A stretch of DNA of 63,902 nt, the filler included, from Octopus bimaculoides (taxonomy: Eukaryota), in NCBI RefSeq assembly GCF_001194135.2. It is 4 parts of 3 records of this genome, joined end to end, with 100 filler letters (N's around TTAATTAATTAA, not from the genome) between each part and the next. Parts side by side here need not be neighbours in the genome. Positions count along the whole stretch, not along the records: positions 19,786 to 36,440 come from NC_069008.1; positions 36,541 to 61,508 come from NC_068988.1; 2 more parts are not named here. One strand, written 5' to 3'. The position numbers and the translations under genes are program-made. Shown here piece by piece: positions 27,110-38,418 of this stretch (positions are counted from its first letter, which is position 1; each line of letters opens with the position of its first letter). The notes below the pieces were generated by a model, which was not told where the DNA came from, did no database searches, and saw only the letters and a program-made list of their open reading frames with translations.

Positions 27110-28215
27110 AAGGTCTGTTGTGTGCCCCCAAGGACTCATAACACCCAGGCTTAACCCGGTTTCTATGGTATATATGAGTTATTGAGATTACTACATTCCC
27201 ACCCCTGGACAGGACGCCAGTCCATCACAGAGTCAACTTCTTGGTTATTGCTGGAACTCATTTTGAAGCTGAGCAAAAACTAGAACGAGAAACGAAGCGC
27301 TTCGCTCAGAAAACACAACACACCGCCCGGTCCGTGAATTGAAACCACAATCTTATGATTACAATAATCTGCCTTGGACAGAACGCTGGTTCATCACAGG
27401 GTTAATTTCCCAGCTATTGCTGGGACTCATTTACAGCTGAGTGGACTGGAGCAACATGAAATTAAATGTTTCGCTCAAGAACGCAACACACTGCCCAGAC
27501 CAAGAATTGAAACCACAATCTTATGATTACAGCTCAGTGGACTGGAGCATTAAAATAGTCCTTTATGCATCATACTTAATGTATATACATTGCAAAATAG
27601 GAGATTCACTGTAGTTTTCGTCAGGAAATAATTATCTTTTATGAATATGCTGTGTTTAAAAACTTTAAAATAAATCGTAGCAGACGAAAATTGTCCAGCA
27701 GCAGAGAAGGGAATGGCTAGACTCTTTCTTAAATTCCTGAAAGGGAAATTTTATCCAGTAACTCAAGCCGTGTCCATTTCCGCAGTTAATTCCAAGTGAG
27801 TGAAGGGTTTCCGCTCAAGAACACAATTCACTGCCTGGTACAAGAATCGAAATCATGGTCTTGTGATTACAACACTCTCCGCTCAACGGGACACCGGTCC
27901 ATCACGGGGTTCGTTTTCTAGCTATTTCTGGATCTCGTTTACAGCTGAGTGGACTGGAAGCAAATGTTTTCACTCGAAGACACACCACACCACCCGGTTC
28001 AAGAATCGAAACCACAATCTTGTGATTACAACAGTCTCTGCCAAACAGGACAATGGTCTGTCACAGGATCTCGTTTACAGCTGAGCAAAACCGGAGCAAC
28101 GTGAAAGAAGGTGCTTTTGTTCAGAGGCACAACACTGCGCCTAGCCCTAGAATTGAAACCACAATCTCACAATCCTGAATGCAACACCCGTGACCACCGG
28201 GCCACGCGCCATCAC
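27110..28215 (-). repeat. Locally tandem-duplicated CORE-like SINE segments (two clusters, ~27110-27550 and ~27790-28215)
   Basis: Recurring unit ggacaggacgccagtccatcacagg...ttacagctgagtggactgga...gctcaagaacacaacac...gaattgaaaccacaatctt. Confidence 0.85.
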
Positions 28216-28754
28216 ATACCACCCCAACCAAATACTGCAAAGGGCATTCCGGCCCAATGGGTCACCAGTGGTGCGACCCACCAATATAAAGATGATGCTG
28301 GTTATTCACTGCATATTAGTGGAGGACCATAGGCACGGGAAGTGGTGGCCTTCATGCATCGCACTGCTTCTTTCATCTCAATTTAAATTCTGTCTGACTG
28401 AGTCCTTAATGGTGGGCAAGAGGTAGAACTTTGTGAATGTGTCAGAGTTAGTGTGTGTATATGTATGTATATATATATATGTATGTATGTGCATATATAT
28501 ATATATGTATATATGTATGTATATGCATATATATATATATATGTATGTATATATATATAATGTATGTATGTGCATATATGTATGCATATGTATATATATA
28601 TATATGTATGTATATATATATGTATGTATACATATATATAGATGTATATATATACATACATGTGTGTGTGTATATATATATACGAGTATATAAACGAAAG
28701 AAGGGCACTCAACACGTTTATTGGGAGTTAGGTGTATAGATGAAAAAGAGTTTA

Positions 28755-28849
28755 ATTCAGACTCCTTGGTACTCTGAGTTTCAAGTGTGTCGCTAGTCTT
28801 CGAAAGACTAGCCACACGCTTAAAACTCAGAGTACCAAGGAGTCTGAAT
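28755..28849. repeat. Near-perfect 95-bp inverted repeat (46-bp arms, 3 mismatches, 3-nt loop)
   Basis: attcagactccttggtactctgagtttcaagtgtgtcgctagtctt-cga-aagactagccacacgcttaaaactcagagtaccaaggagtctgaat. Confidence 0.95.
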
Positions 28850-28871
28850 CAGACTGCTTTGATCTATATAT

Positions 28872-28914
<43 letters not shown>

Positions 28915-28923
28915 GTGCATGCA

Positions 28924-28963
<40 letters not shown>

Positions 28964-29769
28964 NNNNNNNNNNNNNNNNNNNNNNNNNNNNNNNNNNNNN
29001 NNNNNNNNNNNNNNNNNNNNNNNNNNNNNNNNNNNNNNNNNNNNNNNNNNNNNNNNNNNNNNNNNNNNNNNNNNNNNNNNNNNNNNNNNNNNNNNNNNNN
29101 NNNNNNNNNNNNNNNNNNNNNNNNNNNNNNNNNNNNNNNNNNNNNNNNNNNNNNNNNNNNNNNNNNNNNNNNNNNNNNNNNNNNNNNNNNNNNNNNNNNN
29201 NNNNNNNNNNNNNNNNNNNNNNNNNNNNNNNNNNNNNNNNNNNNNNNNNNNNNNNNNNNNNNNNNNNNNNNNNNNNNNNNNNNNNNNNNNNNNNNNNNNN
29301 NNNNNNNNNNNNNNNNNNNNNNNNNNNNNNNNNNNNNNNNNNNNNNNNNNNNNNNNNNNNNNNNNNNNNNNNNNNNNNNNNNNNNNNNNNNNNNNNNNNN
29401 NNNNNNNNNNNNNNNNNNNNNNNNNNNNNNNNNNNNNNNNNNNNNNNNNNNNNNNNNNNNNNNNNNNNNNNNNNNNNNNNNNNNNNNNNNNNNNNNNNNN
29501 NNNNNNNNNNNNNNNNNNNNNNNNNNNNNNNNNNNNNNNNNNNNNNNNNNNNNNNNNNNNNNNNNNNNNNNNNNNNNNNNNNNNNNNNNNNNNNNNNNNN
29601 NNNNNNNNNNNNNNNNNNNNNNNNNNNNNNNNNNNNNNNNNNNNNNNNNNNNNNNNNNNNNNNNNNNNNNNNNNNNNNNNNNNNNNNNNNNNNNNNNNNN
29701 NNNNNNNNNNNNNNNNNNNNNNNNNNNNNNNNNNNNNNNNNNCGATCCAGCATGTCTATCCTTGGACAA

Positions 29770-30345
29770 TTGGGACTGATCTGAGGAAGATTTGGCTGCT
29801 ATTTCTAGCAGGTCTAGCTACCATGTAGAGATCTTCCTCATTGGCTCATACAATATTTACATTAGACAGGAGGTTGTGATCCGAGGGAGATTTGGCTGCT
29901 ATTTCTACCAGGTCAAGCTACCATGTAGAGGCCTCCCTCATTGGCTCATACATACATATATACATAGATAAGAGAGTAGGGTGGGATTTGAGGGAGATTT
30001 GGCTGCTATTTCTACCAGGTCTAACTACCACGTAGAGGTCTCCCTCATTCACTCATACATACACATATACATAGATAAGACAGTAGGGTGTGATTTGAGG
30101 GAGATTTGGCTGCTATTTCTACCAGATCTAGCTACCATGTTGAGGTGTGATTCAAGGACGATTTCATAGCTATTCCTATTCGGTCTAGCTTTCATAGACA
30201 GATCTGAGGAAATTTTGGCTGCTATTTCTACCAGGGCTAGCTACCACATGGCGGTCTTGTTGGCTCATACACAGCTATATACCTAATATATATATATATA
30301 TATATACAAGTAAGAAATGATGAGGATGATTTGGCTGCTATTTCT
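29770..30345 (+). repeat. Tandem array (~100-110 bp period) of the gatttggctgctatttctagcaggt motif
   Basis: Six recognisable copies (~29790, 29890, 29997, 30105, 30215, 30330); dispersed single copies at ~32160, 39360, 40225, 45325, 54905. Confidence 0.9.
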
Positions 30346-30589
30346 AGCATCAGGTAAGTGCGGGAGGTGGGGATTGTTAATGAAACCCTCAAAAGAAAAA
30401 TGAAAGTAGGCCCCTAGCCAGATTATAACAAAAATAAAATAAAGCGACATCAAGACATTGAGTCTGGCACCAAACCCTACATTTCTAAGGGGCAGGAATA
30501 TGGGTGATGGTATTAAGCCCTTCGTTTTGTTCTCCTCAAAATAATTAAGAATTTTTGTTTTGTTTTGTTTTGCAACATCCAAGGTACAA

Positions 30590-31245
30590 GGGCTTCAGGA
30601 TTTGTGATCTTCTTTTTAGAATGGCATTGCAGGGTAAGTGTGAAAAGCCAGAGGTGGGGAACCGATCTGACAGGATATGGCTGGTTTAAATGCTAAAACA
30701 TTAAAGCATTCTGAACCGTTTTCCCATGATATTCAGCCAAATGTAGCAGGTGATGTTATGGGCCCAGTCTTGCTCTTATCTCTTGTCATTAGGCTTCTGT
30801 CCCTGTTCAAACTGAACCCGAGGTATTAGGGGCCGTCAGCATTCAGGTCCCTCTCTGTCAAATTCAAATGCAATGATCCTTTATTCACATTGTTTTGAAT
30901 TAATCATGCATTTATCTCGTAGCTTTTGAGATTTCAATGATGGGATTGGGTTAGGGTTAGGGTTAGGGTTACTTTTTAGAATGAAATTGCAGGACAGGTG
31001 TGAGAGGTCAGATGCGACCAGTTTCAAAATAAACTGAATATTCGGGCCGGACACAGCCAATTTAAATGCTGGAGTTAATTGTGCATTGTTTCATAGCTTT
31101 GAGATTTCAATGTGACTGCTTGTTTTAAGAAGAATGACATTGTTGGGTAAGTGTGAGAGGCCAGATCCAGTTGATTTCAACACACAAAAAAACTAACAAA
31201 AATATTTGGACAGAATCTGGTTGGTTTAAATGCTAAAAGGTGAAA
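30590..31245. mobile_element. Partial tandem copies of a non-autonomous repeat; one carries a (TTAGGG)3 insert
   Basis: Units share agaatgacattgtagggtaagtgtgagaggccagat...tttaaatgcta; class uncertain. Confidence 0.6.
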
Positions 31246-31432
31246 TGACCCTTACAGAAATAGCAAAATCAACCCCCAAGGACCCTGCAAAGACAACTAT
31301 AGAATGGGTTGATGATGGTTATATCAGCCCCTGGGAGAAAATGAAACTCAACTGAACCTTAGCAGGATTTGAACTCAAACTGCAAAAACACTTTTTTTCT
31401 GGTGCTTTCAGTCAAATAATAATATTTTTTTG

Positions 31433-31644
31433 TTTTCTACTCTAAGCACAAGGCCCAAAATTTTGGGGGGAGGGGGCCAGTCGATTAGATCAACCCCGGT
31501 ATACAGCTGGTACTTAATTAATCAACCCTAGAAGGACGAAAGGCAAAGTCGACCTCAGCAGGATTTGAACTCAGAACACAAAGACAGCCGAAATACTGCT
31601 AAGCATTTCGTCCGGCGTGCTAACGTTTCTGCCAGCTCACCGCC

Positions 31645-31687
<43 letters not shown>

Positions 31688-31890
31688 TCTTTTCTACTCT
31701 AGGCACAAGGCCCGAAATGTTTGGGGAGGGGGAGGGGCCAGTCGATTAGACCGACCCCAGTATGCAACTGGTACTTAATTTATGAACCCCGAAAGGCTTA
31801 AATGCAAAGTTGAACTCGGCGGAATTTGAACTCAGAAAACATAGCGCTAAGCATTTTGCCTGGCGTGCTAACGATTCTGCCAGCTCACCA
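31433..31890 (-). mobile_element. Two tandem SINE family B copies separated by (TAA)n
   Basis: Copies at ~31433-31646 and ~31686-31890. Confidence 0.87.
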
Positions 31891-31907
31891 CAATCATCAT
31901 CATCATC

Positions 31908-31947
<40 letters not shown>

Positions 31948-32337
31948 TGATGATGATTGTGGTAGTGGTAACTACATCTTAGAACAAAGTTTGTTAAAGA
32001 AGTGAAATAAAGAAATATAAGCTCTGCAGACTGATTAATTTGTTTCACAGGTCCCAGGAGGGGAGGAAAAAAATGAAGACTAGTGTGAAAGGAACTGGAA
32101 TCAAAAGAACATGTTTCTCACCGCCGCAACTACAAACGACGCGAATGAGCCTCTATGTGGTCGACCGACCTGCTAGAAACAACAGCCAAATCTCGCATAA
32201 ATCACACACAAACCATCTTTGCAAGGAAGGACACACTGAGCAAATGCAGTGCAAGGTATACTATGCCTATACAAGTTATGGTCACAACTGGAATGTTCAG
32301 TTGGGGCTGGCATGGAGGGAGAGTCTAAACAAGAAAT

Positions 32338-32585
32338 AGGTGTAGGCGTGGCTCTATGGCCAAGAAGCTGGCTTTTTAGTTTTGAGGTTTCAAGTGTAGA
32401 CCCTGGGGCCGATCAATGCCTTGTGAGTGAATTTGGTGGATGAAAACTGTATGGAAGCCCGTCTTGTGTGAGTGTATATATCATCATCATCACTTAATGT
32501 CCGTTGTCCATGCTAGTATGGGTTGGACGGTTTCACTAGGGCTGGCAAGCTGAGGAGCTGCACCAGACCCCAGTCCGATTTATGT
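32338..32585. mobile_element. SINE family C head (+) abutting a minus-strand SINE 3' end with (GAT)n tail
   Basis: 32338-32480 head; 32485-32585 tcatcatcatcacttaatgtccgttgtccatgctag. Confidence 0.7.
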
Positions 32586-32605
32586 GTGTGTGTGTGTGTG
32601 TGTGT

Positions 32606-33020
32606 AAGAGCAAATTTCGAGGGGAGGGGGTGTCGATTACGTCCCCATCTCCCCCAGTGTACAACTGGTATTTATTTAATCAACCCTGAAAGCTTGAAGA
32701 GCCAAGTTGACCTCAGCGGAATCTGAACTCAGAGCTTGACATTTTACCCATTAAGCTAATTAATGATTCCACCAGCTTGCCACCATAACAACAACAACAA
32801 TAATAACAATAATAATAACCCATCTTATTATAGGCACAAAGCCTGAAGATTTTGCAGGGGAAGGGACTAGTCGATTAAAACCACTACCAGTGCTAGGCTG
32901 GTATCTATTTTAAAGACCCCTAAAAGGATGAAATGTAAATCAGACCTAGGCAGGATTTGAACTCAGAGCACAAACCATCAGAAACAAAGCCAGTAGGCAT
33001 TTCAGCCAACACACTGCCTT
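32606..33020 (-). mobile_element. Two diverged SINE family B copies
   Basis: ~32606-32782 and ~32815-33020. Confidence 0.75.
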
Positions 33021-33268
33021 ACGAATTGATGATGATAATAATAAGTGATAATAATAAATCTACAAAAACATTTCTTTGATTTTTGCATCTATATATAAAT
33101 TACTAAAGCCACCACGTTATATCTTATCTTCTACCTTCCAGCCACGACCACCACCAGTGAGTCCCTCTAGTCTCCCCTCACTCCATCCCATCTCCCCCCA
33201 TATGACACCTGTTGGCTACGGGACACCGTGTTCGCCTGCCGTCTCTCCCTGCCCTCACACCTAGACTT

Positions 33269-33795
33269 GGATGAGCCGTTTGGGTGCAGCTGTTTGGTCG
33301 CCAACGATTTTGGTCACGGCCGAGCTAGCTGACAGGATCGTCGAACCGGTTTCGGTGAGGGGACTTTTCAGCACTGTGGGTGCCAACACACACACACAGA
33401 CGGACATACACATGCGTGCATGCGCAGCAGGTTATACACATGCAGAGAAAGAGAGAAATTAATCGAATATGGTTTTTGAATGACATAAACTGTTTTCTTC
33501 TCAGACACAGAAAGAGAAATAAGAGGAGACAGACAGACAGACAGAGAGAGAGAGAGAGAATGATGAGACTTTATTAATTGAATACGCCTGACATAAACTC
33601 TTTCTCTCTCTTCAGATAACATAAATAGAAATACGACCACACACATTAACAGAGAGAGAGAGAAGAGGGGAGGGAGGGAAGAAGGGAGAGAAAGAGAAAG
33701 ACATTAAGATGTCTGATGTCAAGTAAGTCAGCATCAAACCAGCAGTGCCAATAAGGCGGCGGCAAAACAGCTGCGCCAAAACGTCCCATATTCCA
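33269..33795. mobile_element. Old inverted-repeat element downstream of the SMAD stop; right end recurs at ~63400-63490
   Basis: ggatgagccgtttgggtgcagctgtttggtcgcc vs ggcggcaaaacagctgcgccaaaacgtcccatattcc; no clear TSD. Confidence 0.55.
33570..33575 (-). promoter_or_regulatory. Candidate AATAAA polyadenylation signal for SMAD2/3
   Basis: First minus-strand AATAAA I noticed downstream of the stop (~760 nt; a gap intervenes); no transcript support. Confidence 0.25.
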
Positions 33796-34334
33796 ACTGT
33801 TTGATACAGTTTGCATACATCGCATACATCGACTCATTAAAGCGCTCCTATAACAACAACATCACTCCCACCACCACTACCATCACTGGTGCAACCACCT
33901 CTACCCTACAACTACCTCCTCCTCCTCCTCCTCCTCTTTCAATCGTCCTCCACCACCACCACCACCACCACCTTCATCCGATTCTACAAGCTTCTTGTCA
34001 TTGACCGTCAGCCACCCACCCACCCCCACAAACTTTACCATCACCACCACNNNNNNNNNNNNNNNNNNNNNNNNNNNNNNNNNNNNNNNNNNNNNNNNNN
34101 NNNNNNNNNNNNNNNNNNNNNNNNNNNNNNNNNNNNNNNNNNNNNNNNNNNNNNNNNNNNNNNNNNNNNNNNNNNNNNNNNNNNNNNNNNNNNNNNNNNN
34201 NNNNNNNNNNNNNNNNNNNNNNNNNNNNNNNNNNNNNNCACACACACACACACTCACACGCACGCACGCATACGCATGCACGCTTTCTCGTGCTCATACG
34301 CACATGTACACACCTTTAACAGTAAAGCACTCTC

Positions 34335-34484
<150 letters not shown>

Positions 34485-34554
34485 TCAAAAAAAAAAAATA
34501 ATCAGAAAATATACATGAAGGGTATTCTGGAATGGTAATCCAAACGGTTACAAA

Positions 34555-34812
34555 TCTTGGTACAAGGCCAGTAATTTCACAGGAATGGAGTTAATCTAAT
34601 TACACTGACCCCAGTGCGTAACTGGTACTCGTTTTATCAATCCTGAAACGATGAAAGCCAAAGCTGACCTCGGCAGAATTTGAACTCAGAACGTAAAGCT
34701 TTGGCTTTCATCATTTCATGATCGATAAAACGAGTACCAGTTATGCACTAGGGTCAGTGTAATTAGATTAACTCCATTCCTGCTAAGCATTCTGCTAGCT
34801 TGGCTGTCTTAA
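34555..34812 (-). mobile_element. SINE family B with an internal 85-bp inverted duplication
   Basis: Arms 34581-34665 and 34697-34781 (80/85 complementary); the SINE head resumes at 34782. Confidence 0.9.
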
Positions 34813-34974
34813 AAAGACCTGGAGATAGAGGTAAACTCGAACGTGGAGTTTAAAAACAGAAACAATTCCTATCATAGTGGGCGCATTAGGTATTCAGACA
34901 AATACATAACAAAAACACCAGGACTTACAAATATATACAACATACAGAAAATTGTTGTTTATGGAAGACCAGCA

Positions 34975-35217
34975 GTCGCCCATGCATACCAGCCTCCGCC
35001 TCTCCATGCCACTGATGTTATCCAAGGGAAAGGCAAAGGGGCCGATACAGCTTGGTACCAATGACGTCACAACTCATTTCTACAGCTGAGTGAATTGGAA
35101 CGACGTGAAATAAAGTGTCTTGCTCAAGAACACAACACACAGCCTGGTCTGGGAATCGAACTCACTACCTCAGTATTGCGAGTCAGACGCTCGAACCACT
35201 GAACCATACGCCTTTAT
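34975..35217 (-). mobile_element. tRNA + CORE-like SINE (family D) in the last SMAD intron
   Basis: Minus strand: tggttcagtgg...gttcgattccc...ttcttgagcaagacactttatttcacgt...cactcagctg. Confidence 0.85.
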
Positions 35218-35319
35218 AAAAACATGTATAAGACAAATACAAGATAAGCAGTGGTCCCTTGAGGAGGAGGGGGGGGAATACAAAGAAAAGAAGGGAGTTA
35301 AGGAATCGCAGGAGACTCA

Positions 35320-36129
<810 letters not shown>

Positions 36130-36299
36130 TCAAATAGCTATTTTCATCCTCACAGCCTCTAACAACCGCAAACAACCCCCTCCCCCCCACCGATCGCTGC
36201 CGTCATCATATCAGTAAGAGCAGTAACACCATCAATATCACCATCACCAGCATCATTTGCAGCAACAGTGTACTTCTCCCCCTACTCCTCGTCATCACC

Positions 36300-36440
36300 T
36301 GACTGGCTCCTGTGGCAGTGGCACGTAAAAAGCCCCCACTACAGTCTCGGAGTGGTTGACGTTAGGAACGGCATCCAGCTGTAGAAACTCTGCCAGATCA
36401 GATTGGAGCCTGGTGCAGCCTTCTGGTCCACTAATCCTCA
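36300..36440 (+). mobile_element. SINE 3' module (gtggcacgtaaaaagc...ggcatccagctgtagaaactctgcc)
   Basis: Shares cctggtgcagc and related motifs with the reverse complement of 32485-32585; runs into a gap. Confidence 0.65.
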
Positions 36441-36829
36441 NNNNNNNNNNNNNNNNNNNNNNNNNNNNNNNNNNNNNNNNNNNNTTAATTAATTAANNNN
36501 NNNNNNNNNNNNNNNNNNNNNNNNNNNNNNNNNNNNNNNNTAGCGGCTATGATGGTGTCGGTAGACATTTTAGTTGTGGTGGCGGCGGTGGTGGTGGTGG
36601 TAATTGTGGCATTTTGTTGAAATATTATTTTATTCTTGTTATTATAACTATTATTGTTATTTTTATTATTGTTGATTTTGTCGTTGCTAACATTATTATT
36701 GTTTTAACTCTGAGGAGATTTGCTTAGACAAAGAGTGTGAGAATGTTGGATTAAAAAGTGGTTTGTTCAATGATGCATTTCATCTGGTCACGTAACAGCA
36801 TTAAAAATAGAATTTCTCTTCACACACGG

Positions 36830-36865
<36 letters not shown>

Positions 36866-37422
36866 AAGAAAGAAAGAGAGAGAGAAAGCGAGAGAGAAAG
36901 TGAGTTAGGAATGGAGTTTGCGGGTGGGTGGGACATTGCACAACTATGATCTAAGACAGCTGGCTTTAAACTAGCATTACTGACGGTATTTCACAAGGCC
37001 AATATTAGTTGGTGACGATACGACAAGGGAACATTTTTTCATTTTTCTACCCCCAACCACCACAGCAGCCAAAGAAAGAATTTCACACGCCACAAATGTT
37101 CTCTTAGCATGAGAAAGAACTGTGGTTTCAGAACGAAACGCCACAACGACATCGCAGTGTTGAGGTATTTGTGAAAATAAAACAAACCTACTGAACAATG
37201 CTAAGATAGAATGTCTCTTTTAGTTTCCTCCTTTTACTCTTGCTTTCTCTTTCCGTCTCTTTTATTCTACTCGTTCATTTCATTCTCTTTTATTCTACTC
37301 GTTCATTTCCTTCTTATACTTCTTTACCATTTATCACATTCAACAAAAGCAATATTTGGCTTATTCTCGTTCATTAACATTATATATATGTTTTGCTCCA
37401 TTTTAATATGAATATGCTTAAT

Positions 37423-37637
37423 AAGGCAACGAGCTGGCAGAATCGTTAGCACGCCAGGTAAAATGCTTAGCGGCATTTCATCCGTCTTTACGTTCTGAGT
37501 TCAAATACCATCGAGATCGTTTATCTTCCATCCTCTCGTGGTCGATGGAGTAAGTACAAGTTGATCACTTCGGTCGATGTAATTGACTTACTCTCTCCCC
37601 AGAAATTGCTGGTCTTGTGCACAAAATTTGAAACCAA
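37423..37637 (+). mobile_element. SINE family B
   Basis: aaggcaacgagctggcagaatcgttagc...gtgcacaaaatttgaaacc. Confidence 0.88.
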
Positions 37638-37909
37638 TATGAATGTGCTTAATGATAATGGTTAGTTCCTGCATGAAAGAATATATCAATATGTATATAT
37701 ATATATATATATNNNNNNNNNNNNNNNNNNNNNNNNNNNNNNNNNNNNNNNNNNNNNNNNNNNNNNNNNNNNNNNNNNNNNNNNNNNNNNNNNNNNNNNN
37801 NNNNNNNNNNNNNNNNNNNNNNNNNNNNNNNNNNNNNNNNNNNNNNNNNNNNNNNNNNNNNNNNNNNNNNNNNNNNNNNNNNNNNNNNNNNNNNNNNNNN
37901 NNATATATA

Positions 37910-38270
37910 TAAGAATACCAAAAAAATGGGACAAGAACGCAACAGGCGACAACAAAACATCCAGACAGTTGGATGATACACAAATGGAAATGAAAAAACA
38001 AGGAGGGATCATTCGGAGTTTTCTTTCGTCAGTCGAGTTTCAGATTATCTCTTTAGTTTCAGCTGGCTATACTCGAGACTGCTCCAATCTGGCCAGCCCC
38101 AAGGAAAATCTAAGCTAAGACCACTAGATTCCTTGGAAGAAAGCAGCGAATGTATACGAAAACAAGGACGGAAAAAATGGAGAAATGGTACACAAATACA
38201 AATGTAAACAATAGTACATTAACAACCGGTGTCTTTCGACCGAAGATGAATTGAATTAAGCTGGTGTGTG
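37910..38270 (-). mobile_element. Possible Penelope-type terminal repeat of another family
   Basis: Similar architecture (A-rich questions-like tract, gtttc and cgtcag motifs); family not resolved. Confidence 0.35.
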
Positions 38271-38324
38271 TGGAAGTGAAGTCTTACGGTAGGGACATAT
38301 ATATACATACATATATATATATAT

Positions 38325-38360
<36 letters not shown>

Positions 38361-38364
38361 ACAT

Positions 38365-38418
<54 letters not shown>

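Noticed and set aside
29770-30345. CRISPR-like repeat-spacer appearance
   Set aside because: Eukaryotic context, degenerate repeats, spacers homologous to each other, no cas genes
33263-33378. Apparent terminal exon (minus) VLKSPLTETG...AAPKRLIQV* with a PDZ-like end
   Set aside because: It depended on the wrong frame of the 34458 exon; the true SMAD frame stops at 34335. The sequence overlaps one arm of a repeat-derived inverted repeat.
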